A stretch of DNA of 64,000 nt from Eledone cirrhosa (taxonomy: Eukaryota): assembly GCA_964016885.1 (NCBI GenBank), contig OZ024740.1, forward strand, positions 76,694,001 through 76,758,000. The letters are read 5' to 3'. Both the position numbers and the translations under genes were made by a program. Below are positions 1-12,300 of the stretch, one piece after another (within the stretch, counting starts at the first letter, position 1; every line of letters begins with the position of its first letter). The notes below the pieces were generated by a model, which made no database searches, was not told the DNA's origin, and saw only the letters and a program-made list of their open reading frames with translations.

Positions 1-548
1 GATGGGCAGGGTGTTCCACTGGCACCTATGCAAAGTAAACAATTTACCACATTCTGAGAAGTGGTATGAGCATAAGCCAGAGTCGGTGATAGAAAACGAT
101 CAGGTGAAGGTGCTGTGGGATTTTAGGATACAGACGGACAAGAAACTGGAACATAATAAACCTGACCTGGTGGTTGTGGACAAAGAAAAAAGATCGTGCC
201 TGATTGTGGATGTGGCCTGCCCATTCGACACGAGAGTGCAAGAGAAGGAGAGGGAGAAAATTAACCGATACCAGGACTTAAAGTGGGAAGTAAAAAGGAT
301 TTGGAACTGCCATGAAGTCAAAGTGATCCCGATTGTCATAGGCGCGCTAGGGACTATCTCAAAAAGTTTCCAGGGATGGTTAAAGAAAATTGGCCCCTTC
401 ACGCTTTTTGGAACGCTTCAAAAGGCATGCTTGCTGGGAACAGCAAGAACCCTCCGATACGTCCTGAATATCTGAGGCTGCAGGTAGTGGCTTGATATTT
501 ATTTCAACAAACTTTCCAGTTAACTAACTTCAATGACTGAGACTCAAA

Positions 549-549
<1 letters not shown>
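1..549 (+). mobile_element. 3' end of R4/Dong-type non-LTR retrotransposon (copy 1), cut by the window start
   Basis: ORF 2-475 encodes a restriction-like endonuclease (KPDLVVVDK...IVDVACPFD...EKEREKINRYQDL) ending LQKACLLGTARTLRYVLNI. A short 3' UTR runs into (TAA)n. Nearly the same sequence occurs at about 8382-8930. Confidence 0.88.
2..475 (+). CDS. C-terminal PD-(D/E)xK restriction-like endonuclease domain of R4/Dong ORF (partial)
   Basis: PD...D...K..RY motif typical of RLE-type retrotransposons; open to its natural stop; 5' part outside the window. Confidence 0.8.
   Translation: MGRVFHWHLCKVNNLPHSEKWYEHKPESVIENDQVKVLWDFRIQTDKKLEHNKPDLVVVDKEKRSCLIVDVACPFDTRVQEKEREKINRYQDLKWEVKRIWNCHEVKVIPIVIGALGTISKSFQGWLKKIGPFTLFGTLQKACLLGTARTLRYVLNI

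Positions 550-588
<39 letters not shown>
550..588 (+). repeat. (AAT)n microsatellite spacer
   Basis: Perfect AAT run between the Dong 3' end and the Tx1-type 3' end. Confidence 0.97.
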
Positions 589-590
<2 letters not shown>

Positions 591-3500
591 TTTCTTTATT
601 AACCACAAGGCTTTACATAAAGTAGACATTAAGGACAGTGCAAGACAATACAGGACGGTACAAATTGGCATTTCTGCGTGTAAAAAACAAAAGCAGAGGA
701 TGTAACAAAAAAATAACAATGAAAAATTCCCCAATAGGGGGGAGACTTCGGAGGGACATTTGTGGAGAAAGCCCAGTAAAAGGCCACAGTGACCTGACCA
801 CCAAGGCAAGTGCCCTCTCCCAGTTTTCCACCTTTAATTTACAGATACGTACTCAGAGTAGGCCCATTCACTCGGGCCATTCTTGCTTCTCTCACCCATC
901 TTTCAACAAAATGCTGGGAAGAGAGCACTTCCCTTTCTACTCTGATTTTCCTTTTCAAATGAAATTTGAAAAAGTCAATCAGAGCATCACCGAAGAGGTA
1001 AGTGCTCGTCTTCAGCCCTTTCAAATTTGTCCACCATACTATCTCTTTCGCCATGGCCACCAGACAGATAAAAATTGCCTGCCCTTCCCGGCTAAAGGAA
1101 GAGGGCGGGGCAATCCTCACGATGGACTCAGATGATAGCCGGATCCGTCCTACACGCGACAGCAGGTGTTCGACATAAACCCACAAGTCAGCAATTTTCG
1201 GACACTGGACGAGTGCGTGCAGGACGGTTTCGTCGCCCTGTGCGCATCTCGGACATGCCCGGCTGACGGCACCTCCATGCTTGTAGAGTTTATCCCGAAC
1301 TGGCAAGGCTCCTCGGTAGCACTGCCAGGCCAGAGATTTCTGGAAGTTGTCCAAGGTCCCGGCCCGAAAGTTCTTCCGAAGAGATTGGCTAGTTGATTTT
1401 CGTCGACGCCTAGAGTTTCCCCAAGTACGTCGTGGCTCTTCCCCTCCACTAATCATCTATAGAACGCCGAGGTGGAGTTTCCACCGATCACATTGCCCGA
1501 TTGGTCGAGGGCTCTGAGCGCCTGAAGACATTCCAGTCTCCGTCGAGGAAGAGGTGGAGATGTCGTAGCCCGAGCGCGTGTCTGCGCATCATCAGCCACG
1601 GCATTCCCAGCCCTCCACGTAGCGGGTGTTGACAGCAGATGGACCGCCTGACCAACGGAGAACGTCCCTTCCTCAAAAAGCGAAAGAGCAAACGTTCCAG
1701 CGCAGTCAGGCGGGGCTTAGGACAAGGTACGACGGTCAGGCGGTAGCAGATGACAGACGCGATGTACGCGTTAGCCACCTCCGCTCGACCTTTCAGGGAT
1801 AGCTTCCTCTCCGCCCATTTCAGGGTGAGAGAAGCTACCCTGCTCGTCACCTCGTCCCAGTTTTTGTCCGTCTGGAGGTCCGGACCGAACCAGACCCCTA
1901 GCAATTTAACCGGTCCGTCCGTCCAGCGTCCGACGACGCTGTTGGACAGCATGGACCTGCCTCTCCAGGAGCCGAACTGCAGGCCCACTGACTTTTCCTG
2001 GTTGATCATTGCTCCTGTCACCGATCGCCTCGATGTGTTTGGCGTTCGACACCACTACGGTGACATCGTCCGCATATGCTGACACGGATCTTCCGTATCC
2101 TAGTTCGCGCGGGACGCCCCTCAACGTCTCCAGTTTGTGCAGTAATGGCTTGAGAGTCAATACGTACAAGAGGGACGAGAGGGGACATCCTTGGCGGACC
2201 GAGCACATGATGTTGAACGGTTCCGAAAGGTGACCGTTCACGCTCACCACAGAGCAGATGTCGTTGTGCATGGCAGCGATCCAGCCTCTGAAGACGGGCC
2301 CAAAGCCAGCCGCCCTCAGGACTGCCGCTAGGTAACGATGGTCGACCCTATCGAAAGCTTTCGACTGATCTAAATTGATCAAGGACCCACCCGTGCCAGG
2401 TTCCCTAGCTACCCTCTCTACGATGAATCGCATGAAGTGGAGGTTGTCGTGGATCGATCTGTCGGGAATGGCGCATGTCTGCGCCTCTCTCACCAGACCA
2501 CCAACGACAAGCGCCAACCTCTTTGCTAGCACCTTGGTCAAAATCTTGAACTCTGTGTTTAGCAGAAGAATGGGCCTGAAATTATCTATGTTATCCCCCG
2601 TGTTCGGATCCTTTCTCAGCAGTGCCACCGCTCCTCGGCTCACAGAGCTGGGAATTCTCCCGTTCTGTTGCCAGTTGCAGTAGAGGTTCGCCAAGAGGCC
2701 TCCGAACAAGTCTGGCATCTGTATGTAAAGTTCATAGCCAGACCATCCAAACCAGGCGATTTACCCCTTGTACAGCCAGTCATTGCCTCCCGTACTTCAG
2801 CGGCTGTTATTGGCTTTTCGCAACACTCCGCCTCAGTGGCCGAGAGCCGCGGCAGTACGTCAAGGTAGACACTAAAGTCCATCCCTCGACCCGACCCAAG
2901 GCTACCCCCGAACAGCTGAGCGAAGTGTCACTGAAAAGCTTCACACATTTGCCCGGGATCGAGTAGCATGCGCCCGTCGTCGTCCACCAAACCGGATCGT
3001 GGCTTTGTTGCCACGACGCGCCTCCGCCACTCGGGCCCATTGAACGGCTTTCGTCCCCTCGTGTCTGAGAGCACGCACCCTAGCTCCTACAACGCAGCCT
3101 TCGTGCTTTGCATTGAAGAATTGGTCAAGGGCCAATTTCGCCGCAAGCACGTCGGTCGCGATGCCTTTGCTAAGCGCCTCGTCTAATTTTCTAACTAGTT
3201 ATCCCCCTGCTCTATTTTTCTCTATTGCTAAAGCCTTACTAAACCTAATGGATTCTATTCTAATCGCTCTTTTCAGAGCAAACTACCACTTGTTGTTGAC
3301 GATGGCCCCGTCAACGCCCGCTTAACTAGTTCGCTAATCCGGCCTCTGTAGGCCTTGCGCGCTGGTAAGGACGCGTTTAGCTTCCAGTAGCCGGGTCCTG
3401 GTCTATGAAACCTATCTAAGTCAAGCACACAGATCACGAATTTGTGGTCCGTGTAGCTGACTATCTTGAATTGTGGACAGCCTATGCTAAACCTATCTAT

Positions 3501-6487
3501 TTCCCTACAAAATACTCTATCTAGATATGATATGGATGACCCTATGCGATTTGTCCAGGTCCACATTGGTACATTCGGGAAATCCAATCGGTACCTGTCA
3601 GACAGTTCAAAACTCCTGAGCAGGTTGGTGAGGCTCTTGCACCCTCCACCCCTATCCGCTAATCACACAGTCCCAGCGTGCATCTAAGATCCCGTTCCAG
3701 TCGCCCACTAACACTAAAGAGCGGGACGTTCCAAGAAAGGTCTCCAGACGCCGGAAGAAATCAGGCCGCCCTGCTCCTGTCGGGGCATTGACGGCCACTA
3801 ACCTGAAAGCTTGCCCGTCTCCGCTGGTCACGTCCAGCACCACCAACTTACACTCTTGGGTCAGGAAGATGGCCCGTATGGCGAGATACAAACCTCTCCG
3901 AAAAATCACAGCAACTCCTCCCTCTGATCCAGGACGTCTGGGAGATGCGTACACATCGTAGCCGCCGAAGATCGGTGCGAAGGCCCGTGCTTCGGAGATT
4001 CTGGTCTCGCTGATGGCCACTACATCTATGTTTAGTGACCTGAGGTCGTTGAGCAGGTGGCCCTGCTTCCATGACGACCCCAAGTCACGCGCATTTATGC
4101 TGCCTATTCTGAGTGAGGTATAGTTTAAAATAGAGTGGAAAAGATGGAAAAGACCACTTACCGTACTTTTCGTAGAGGAAGGATGGTTTCTCCAACCCTT
4201 TTCACTTGATCGTCTGGTGAAGGGACCGTTGAATCGTCCCTTCGGCTGGTCGTCGGCTCTTCTATGAGTATGTCCGAATATACTCTCCGGTTGAGAGTCC
4301 CTCCTAGATCTCTGAAATCACCAACTGCGTTGGGAATTTCGTTTTAATGTTTGTGTATTGTTTCTGTGCTATTTTTAGCAGTCTCATGTTCGTTGGCGTT
4401 TTGATTGGTGCTGGTATTATGTAGTCGTGCTGTGAAATGTCTGTGTGTTCAATTATGTAAGTCATTAGTTTCTTGTTGTGTGTATTTATTGCCGTGCATT
4501 TGTTTTTCTGGGGATGGGGTGTGGTCCTGCTATTTAATTGTCATTGTTGCTAGGTGTGTGTGTTTTGTTGTTGTGTTTGCGATGTTGGTGCTTGTGGTGG
4601 TGGTGTTGAAGGTGTTGTTGTTGTTGGCGGTGGGGTTGTCGCCGGTGTTGGTGGTGTTGCTACTGTGAGTCTCTTTGCAGTAGCCTTTACCCTTTTTTCA
4701 TTTCTTTCCTCCCTTTTCGAAGGCGACGATGCGCTGTTTCTGCGTTTGTGCCTTCTTACAACCTTTTGCCATCCCTCTCCCACCTCACACTCTATGTCTG
4801 ATTCTGTGAGGTCGGGGAGGGGTACCAGCTCCACTCTTTCACTTGTTGTTGTTGGTAATGTTTGCAATGGAGTCTCTGTTGCAGCTGCATCTGGTATTAC
4901 TGTTGTTGTTGTTAATACTTCCACTGCTACTGCTGTTCTTGATTTCCGTGGCGTGGGTATGGGTGCCACGGACCTATCGTTCCTTGTTGCCGCTTGTCCT
5001 GTTGCTGGTAGCCGTGGAGCCGGTTTCTGAAGGAGGGGGTTTTCTCCTTTCTCAGGGTCTTCTCGTTGCAGAAGGCCCTGAGGTGTGTCTTCGATCCACA
5101 GCGAAAGCATTTCGGGCGTTTGCCCTCAACACTTATGGGCAGTTGAGTGCCGTTATCGAAGTCTATCACATCCGGGATAGCTTCGATGCACTCCTGGTTG
5201 GTTTAGATTAACATCTCAATGGAGGTGCCGACCCAATCTTCTCTTACTTTTTTCTGTACTTGCAGTACAGTTGTTTTGTCCTCGATTCCGACGAGGACAG
5301 ACGCGGCCAGCCAAGAAGGGGCCATCCCGGGGGGGAGGGGGGGACCTGGGTCAGTTTGACCCTCACAATTTTTTGCCTGCAGTAGGAGGGCACCAACACC
5401 ATTTCCCCGCTCCTTAGGGCTACTAAGGATTGAGCCTTTGCCTCCTGGGGTGTGGCAAAAAGCATGTCTACGGTGGTATATTTCTTGCCTCAGGTGATAT
5501 GCGTTTTCCGCTGCTACACAGACTCTAAGCCTTTTTGTATTTGAGCCTCTGTGGCTCTTTCAACCCTACGGGATTTTGTGCTTACTGTACGGTACGTGAC
5601 CGTACAGTGCTGTTGGGTTTCGAAACATTTTTCGGCTGCCTTGCAGATTGCTCGGTGTCCGGTTTTCGTCACCATCTTCTTCGCTTCCTCTAATTCCTCA
5701 TTTGTTATGAGGATGGTTTCCAGGTTCTTTGCGATACCTGCAAACGAGATGGTTTTTCTTTGCTGCTGTTGTTGTTGTTGTTGTTGTCGTCAGAGCTGCT
5801 GTTACTTTTGTTGTTGCTGCAGGTACTACGACTACTGCCGCCGCTGCTGTTGCTGTGGTTGTTGTTGTTGTTGTTGCTGCTGCTGCTGCTGTTGTTGTTG
5901 CTGTTGCTGCTAATGCTGTTGTTGTTAATGCTGCTGCTGATGCTGTTGCGGCTGCTACTGTTGTTTTCCTTGTCACTGTTGCTGCTGCTGCTATTATTAC
6001 GGCTGCTACTGCTATTATTCATGACGTCAGATGAATGAAATGGGTTTTTGTATTTCCCGCACACCTTTTTCGTCGTTGTCGTCGTGGAGAAATTTTGCAC
6101 GCTTTCTACGTGATTTTTCTTTACTGGCGTCGCTTGCGAAAGAGAAGGGAGGGAGAGAGACACATTTAGAGAAGGGAGGGAGAGAGACAATCTTCTCTCT
6201 GCTGTAGTGACGATTGAGGAAGAAGAAGATGGAATGAGTGGGAGTGACCTATGAAAATTCTTTTTCGTAGCCATATTTTTTTTGTTTAAAATAAATATTG
6301 GGCACAAAACCTCAATAAGCGGTTATTTAACCCCGAAGGGCCAAATAACGGACAGAAAGACCCCTCTCACGAGGAGGAGGGTGCTTTTGTCTACAATTTG
6401 GTGAAAGTTTTAAACAATTTACAATTGTCATAGCGGTCAAAATTTACAATACCTTACAGAGCCGAGCCTCCGTCAACCATAGCCTTC
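589..6487 (-). mobile_element. Full-length but decayed L1/Tx1-type LINE (family A, copy 1)
   Basis: Colinear with 9132-15160 from 5' end to 3' tail. ORF1 and ORF2 are broken into fragments (839-1456, 1488-2021, 1906-2718, 3273-3587, 3652-4083, 4550-5110, 4927-5169, 5705-6307). The ORF2 ATG is lost and there are deletions near 1540 and 2022. Confidence 0.93.

Positions 6488-6538
<51 letters not shown>
6488..6538 (+). repeat. (AAT)n microsatellite spacer
   Basis: Perfect AAT run between the Tx1-type 5' end and the Dong 5' junction. Confidence 0.97.
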
Positions 6539-6540
<2 letters not shown>

Positions 6541-8933
6541 CAACACAGAACCGCATGTTCGACAACAACCAGAAGATGCTGTTTGGACAGCTTGAGGGGA
6601 AAGAAAGAGGCAACGACTTGATCCCTGAGGCGGAACAGACTAAAACATTCTGGAGAGGAATATGGGAGCAGGATGTTAGACATAATGACCAGGCAGGGTG
6701 GATTGAGAGAGTACAGAGGGAGATCGGTGAGCAGGCACACCAACAAACAGGGGTATTGGATTAAAAATATAACATCCCTCCACCCGAATCTGACAACCAT
6801 GTTCAATGACTGCTTGATGTCAGGTGAGGTACCAGAGTGGTTGACAAAAGGTACCACAGTTCTGATAATGAAAGACCGAATCAAGGGTAATGATGTTACC
6901 AACTATAGACCTATCACATGTCTGTCCGTAATGTGGAAACTGTTGACGAGCATTGTGTCTGAGGAAATCTACCCTCACCTCCACACAAACAACTTGTTAC
7001 CGGACAAACAGAAAGGATGCCGAAAGAAGTCACGTGGTACAAAGGACCAGTTACTTATTGATAAGATGGTAATGAGGAATTGCAAGAGGAGACACACTGA
7101 TCTTGCCATGGGATGGATAGACTACAGAAAGGCATTTGACATGGTGCCTCATTCTTGGATCACCAAAAGCCTGGAGATCTTCAAGGTGGCAGATAACATC
7201 AGACAGTTGCTGGGCAAGAGTATGAGGTCCTGGGAAACAGAGTTGACATCAACTGGAGAATCCTTGGGAAGCGTGAAGATCAAGAGAGATATCTTCCAGG
7301 GAGATAGCCTGTCCCCTCTGTTGTTTGTCCTTGCCCTGATGCCCCTGACCAGTGTACTGCGAAAAGTGAGAGCAGGATACGGGTTGGGAAAGGTAGGGCT
7401 TACCATCAGTCACCTCCTCTTCATGGACGATCTTAAGCTCTTCGGGAAGAGTGAGAAGGAGTTGGATGTGCTTGTTGACACTGTCCGTATTTTCAGCAGT
7501 GATATATGTATGCAGTTTGGTATTAGTAAGTGTGGAGTCATGTGATGAGGAGGGGTAAATTGAGCAGAGGGTAACGGAATCCAGATACCAACAGGTGAGA
7601 TGATAAAGGAAATTGACTCTGAGGAAGGATACAAGTATTTGGGCGTTCTGGAGGCTGATGGCATAAAGAACAAAAAAATGAAGGAATTGTTAAGAACTGA
7701 ATACATTCGGAGAGTAAGGAGCGTATTGAAGTCACATCTGAACAGCAGAAATGCCATAAGCGCAGTAAATTCCCGAGCTGTGTCTATTATTAGGTACAGT
7801 GCGGGAATTCTGAGATGGAATGTTGCTGAACAAAAAGAAATGGATAGGAAGACTAGGAAGCTATTGACTATCTACAACATGTTCCACAAGAGGAGTGATG
7901 TCGATAGACTCTACTTAAGGAGATCTGAGGGTGGAAGAGGTCTTATCAGCATAGAGGACTGTGTTCAGATGGAGAAAAACAACCTACACAAATACGTGAC
8001 TGATAGTAAGGAGCCAATGCTCAGAACTGTACTGAAGGAGGGGACAATAGGCCAGGAGATATCCAAGGAGGAATTAACATCAAGGAGAAAGAGCAGCCTT
8101 CAGGAAAAATCCTTCCATAGTACCTTCTTTGAGAAAACTGAATTTAGAGATCCACAGACATGGAACTGGTTGAGAAGAGGAGACCTTAAAAAGGCTACAG
8201 AAGGAATGTTAATGGCTGCGCAGGAGCAGGCCCTCAAAACGAAGTGGTTGAAACACCATATTTACAAGGAGCAGGCTAGCCCACTGTGCATGATCTGTGG
8301 AGAGAGAGAGGAGACTGTGGCTCACATTGTATCTGAGTGTAAACACCTAGCCCAGACCCACTATAAGGGCTGGAGACATGATGTGATAGGCAGGGTGATC
8401 CACTGGCAGCTGTGCAAAGTAAACAATTTACCACATTCTGAGAAATGGTATGAGCATAAGCCAGAGGCGGTGATGGAGAGCGATCAGGTGAAGGTGCTGT
8501 GGGATTTTAGGATACAGACGGACAAGAAACTGGAACACAATAGACCTGACCTGGTGGTTGTGGACAAAGAAAAAAGATCGTGCCTGATTGTGGATGTGGC
8601 CTGCCCATTCGACACGAGAGTGCAAGAGAAGGAGAGGGAGAAAATTAACCGATACCAGGACTTAAAGTGGGAGGTAAAAAGGATTTGGAACTGCCATGAA
8701 GTCAAAGTGATCCCGATTGTCATAGGCGCACTGGGGACTATCTCCAAAAGTTTCCAGAGATGGTTAAAGAAAATCGGCCCTTCACGCTTTTTGGAACGCT
8801 TCAAAAGGCATGCTTGCTGGGAACAGCAAGAACCCTCCGATACGTCCTGAATATCTGAGGCTGCAGGTAGTGGCTTGATATTCATTCCAACGGACTTTCC
8901 AGTTAACTAACATCAATGACTGAGACTCAAGGA
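6539..8933 (+). mobile_element. 5'-truncated, frameshifted R4/Dong-type retrotransposon (copy 2)
   Basis: RT motifs NYRPITCL, IDYRKAFDMVPH, FQGDSLSPLLF, HLLFMDDLKLF (6673-7545). CCHC motif CMICGEREETVAHIVSEC, RHD motif and RLE domain (7600-8850). Frame breaks near 7545 and 8780, apparent internal deletion near 6745, ends in (TAA)n. Confidence 0.9.
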
Positions 8934-8963
8934 GTAATAACAATAATAATAATAATAATAATA

Positions 8964-9063
8964 ATAATTGTTTCTACATTAGGCACAAGGCCAGCAATTA
9001 CCCAGTGTATTACTGGTACTTTATTTTATCGACCCCGTAAGGATGAAAGGCAAAGTTAACCTC
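8964..9063 (-). mobile_element. 5'-truncated tRNA-derived SINE inside the (AAT)n tract
   Basis: Matches the 3' half of the SINE at 34844-35036 and 53683-54613; flanked by AAT runs (8935-8968, 9066-9131). Confidence 0.88.
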
Positions 9064-9065
9064 TC

Positions 9066-9133
<68 letters not shown>

Positions 9134-9395
9134 TTTCTTTATTAACCACAAGGGTTTACATAAAGTAGACATTAAGGACAGTGCAGGACAATGCAGGACG
9201 GTACAAATGGGCATTTCTGCGTGTAAAAAAAAACAAAAACAGAGGATGTAACAAAAATAACAATGAAAATAACAATGAAAAATTCCCCAATAGGGGGGAG
9301 ACTTCGGAGGGACATTTGTGGAGAAAGCCCAGTAAAAAGCCACAATGACCCTGACCACCAAGGCAAGTGCCCTCTCCCAGTTTTCCACCTTTAGT

Positions 9396-12300
9396 TTACA
9401 GATATATACTCAGAGTCGGCCCATTCACTCGGGCTATTCTTGCTTCTCTCACCCATCTTTCAACAAAATGCTGGGAAGAGAGCACTTCCTTCTCTACTCT
9501 GATTTTCCTTTTCAAATGAAATTTGAAAAAGTCAATCAGAGCATCACCGAAGAGGTAAGTGCTCGTCTTCAGCCCTTTCAAACGTGTCCACCATACTATC
9601 TCTTTCGCCATGGCCACCAGACAGATAAAAACTGCCTGCCCTTCCCGGCTAAATGAGGAGGGCGGGGCAATCCTCACGATAGACTCAGATGATAGCTGGA
9701 TCCGTCCTAAACGCGACAGCAGGTGTTCGACATAAACCCACAAGTCAGCAATTTTCGGACACTGGACGAGTGCGTGCAGGACGGTTTCGTCGCCCTGCGC
9801 GCATCTCGGACATGCCCGGCTGACGGCACCTCCATGCCTGTAGAGTTTATCCCGAACTGGCAAGGCTCCTCGGTAGCACTGCCAGGCCAGAGATTTCTGG
9901 AAGTTGTCCATAGGCCCTGGCCCGAAAGTTCTTCCGAAGAGATTGGCTAGTTGATTTTCGTCGACGCCTAGAGTTTCCCCAAGTACGTCGTCGCTCTTCC
10001 CCTCCACTAATCCTCTATAGAACGCCGAGGTGGAGTTTCCACCGATCACATTGCCCGATTGGTCGAGGGCTGTGAGCGCCTGAAGACATTCCAGTCTCCA
10101 GGCGCTCCCTCTCGGTCTTCGCTTGACCCAGGACTGCAGCTCCGTCAAGGAAACGAGCTGGGGAAAAACGCGTCTAGCAAACGGCGACCACACCTGATCA
10201 CCGTCGAGGAAGAGGTGGAGATGTCGTAGCCTGAGCGCGTGCCTGCGCATCATCAGCCACGGCATGCCCAGCCCTCCACGTAGCGGGTGTTGACAACAGA
10301 TGGACCGCCTGACCATCGGAGCACGTCCCTTCCACAAAAAGCGAAAGAGCAAACGCTCCAGCGCAGTCAGGCGAGGCTTAGGACAAGGTACGACGGTTAG
10401 GCGGTAGCAGATGACAGACGCGATGTACGCGTTAGCCACCTCCGCTCGACCTTTCAGGGATAGCTTCCTCTCCGCCCATTTCTGGGTGAGAGAAGCCACC
10501 CTGCTCGTCACCTCGTCCCAGTTTTTGTCCGTCTGGAGGTCCGGACCGAACCAGACCCCTAGCAATTTAACCGGTCCGTCCGTCCAGCGCCCGACGACGC
10601 TGTTGGACGGCATGGACCTGCCTCTCCAGGTGCCGAGCTGCAGGCCCACTGACTTTTCCTGGTTGATCATTGCTCCTGTCACCGCTTCGTATTCTCTTAG
10701 TGTAGTGCCGATCGCCTCGATGTGTTTGGCGTTCGACACCACTACGGTGACATCGTCCGCATATGCTGACACGGATCTTCCGCATCCTAGTTCGCGCGGG
10801 ACTCCCCTCAACGTCTCCAGTTTGTGCAGTAATGGCTCGAGCGTCAATACGTACAAGAGGGACGAGAGGGGACATCCTTGGCGGACCGAGCGCATGATGT
10901 TGAACGGTTCCGACAGGTGACCGTTCACTCTCACCACAGAGCAGATGTCGCTGTGCATGGCAGCGATCCAGCCTCTGAAGACGGGCCCAAAGCCAGCCGC
11001 CCTCAGGACTGCCGCTAGGTAACGATGGTCGACCCTATCGAAAGCTTTCGACTGATCTAAATTGATCAAGGACCCACCCGTGCCAGGTTCCCTAGCTACC
11101 CTCTCTACGATGTATCGCATGAGGTGGAGGTTGTCGTGGATGGATCTGTCGGGAATGGCGCATGTCTGCGCCTCTCCCACCAGACCACCAACGACAAGCG
11201 CCAACCTCTTTGCTAGCACCTTGGCCAAAATCTTAAACTCTGTGTTTAGCAGAGTTATGGGCCGGAAATTTTCTATGTTATCCCCCTTGTTCGGATCCTT
11301 TCTCAGCAGTGCCACCGCTCCTCGGCTCACAGAACTGGGAATTCTCCCGTTCTGTTGCCAGTTGCAGTAGACGTCCGCCAAGAGGCCTCCGAACAAGTCT
11401 GGCATCTGTACGTAAAGTTCATAGGGCAGACCATCCAAACCAGGCGATTTACCCCTTGTGCAGCCAGTCATTGCCTCCCTTACTTCAGCGGCTGTTATCG
11501 GCTTTTCGCAACACTTCGCCTCAGTGGCCGAGAGCCGCGGCAGTCCGTCGAGGTAGACACTAAAGTCCATCCCTCTACCCGGCCCACCGCTGCCCCCGAA
11601 CAGCTGAGCGAAGTTGCGCTGAAAAGCTTCACACATTTGCCCGGGATCGAGTAGCATGCGCCCGTCGTGGTCCACCAAAGACCGGATCGTGGCTTTGTTG
11701 CCACGACGCGCCTCCGCCACTCGGGCCCATTGAACGGCTTTCGTCCCCTCGTGTCTGAGAGCACGCACCCTTGCTCTGACAACGCAGCCTTCGTGCTTTG
11801 CATTGAAGAATTGGTCAAGGGCCAATTTCGCCGCAAGCACGTCGGTCGCAATGCCTTTGCTAAGCGCCTCGTCTAATTTTCTAACTAGTTCTCCCTCTGC
11901 TCTATTTTTCTCTATTGCTAAAGCCTTACTAAATCTAATCGATTCTATTCTAATCGCTCTTTTCAGAGCAAACCACCACTTGTTGTTGACGATGGCCCCC
12001 GTCAACGCCCGCTTAACTAGTTCGCTAATCCGGTCTCTGTAGGCCTTGCGCGCTGGTAAGGACGCGTTTAGCTTCCAGTAGCCGGGTCCTCGTCTATGAA
12101 GCCTATCTAAGTCAAGCACACAGATCACGAATTTGTGGTCCGTGTAGCTGACTATCTTGAATTGTGGACAGCCTATGCTAGACCTATCTATTTCCCTACA
12201 AAATACTCTATCTAGATATGATCTGGATGACCCTATGCGGTTTGTCCAAGTCCACATTGGCACATTCGGGAAATCCAATCGGTACCTGTCAGACAGTTCA

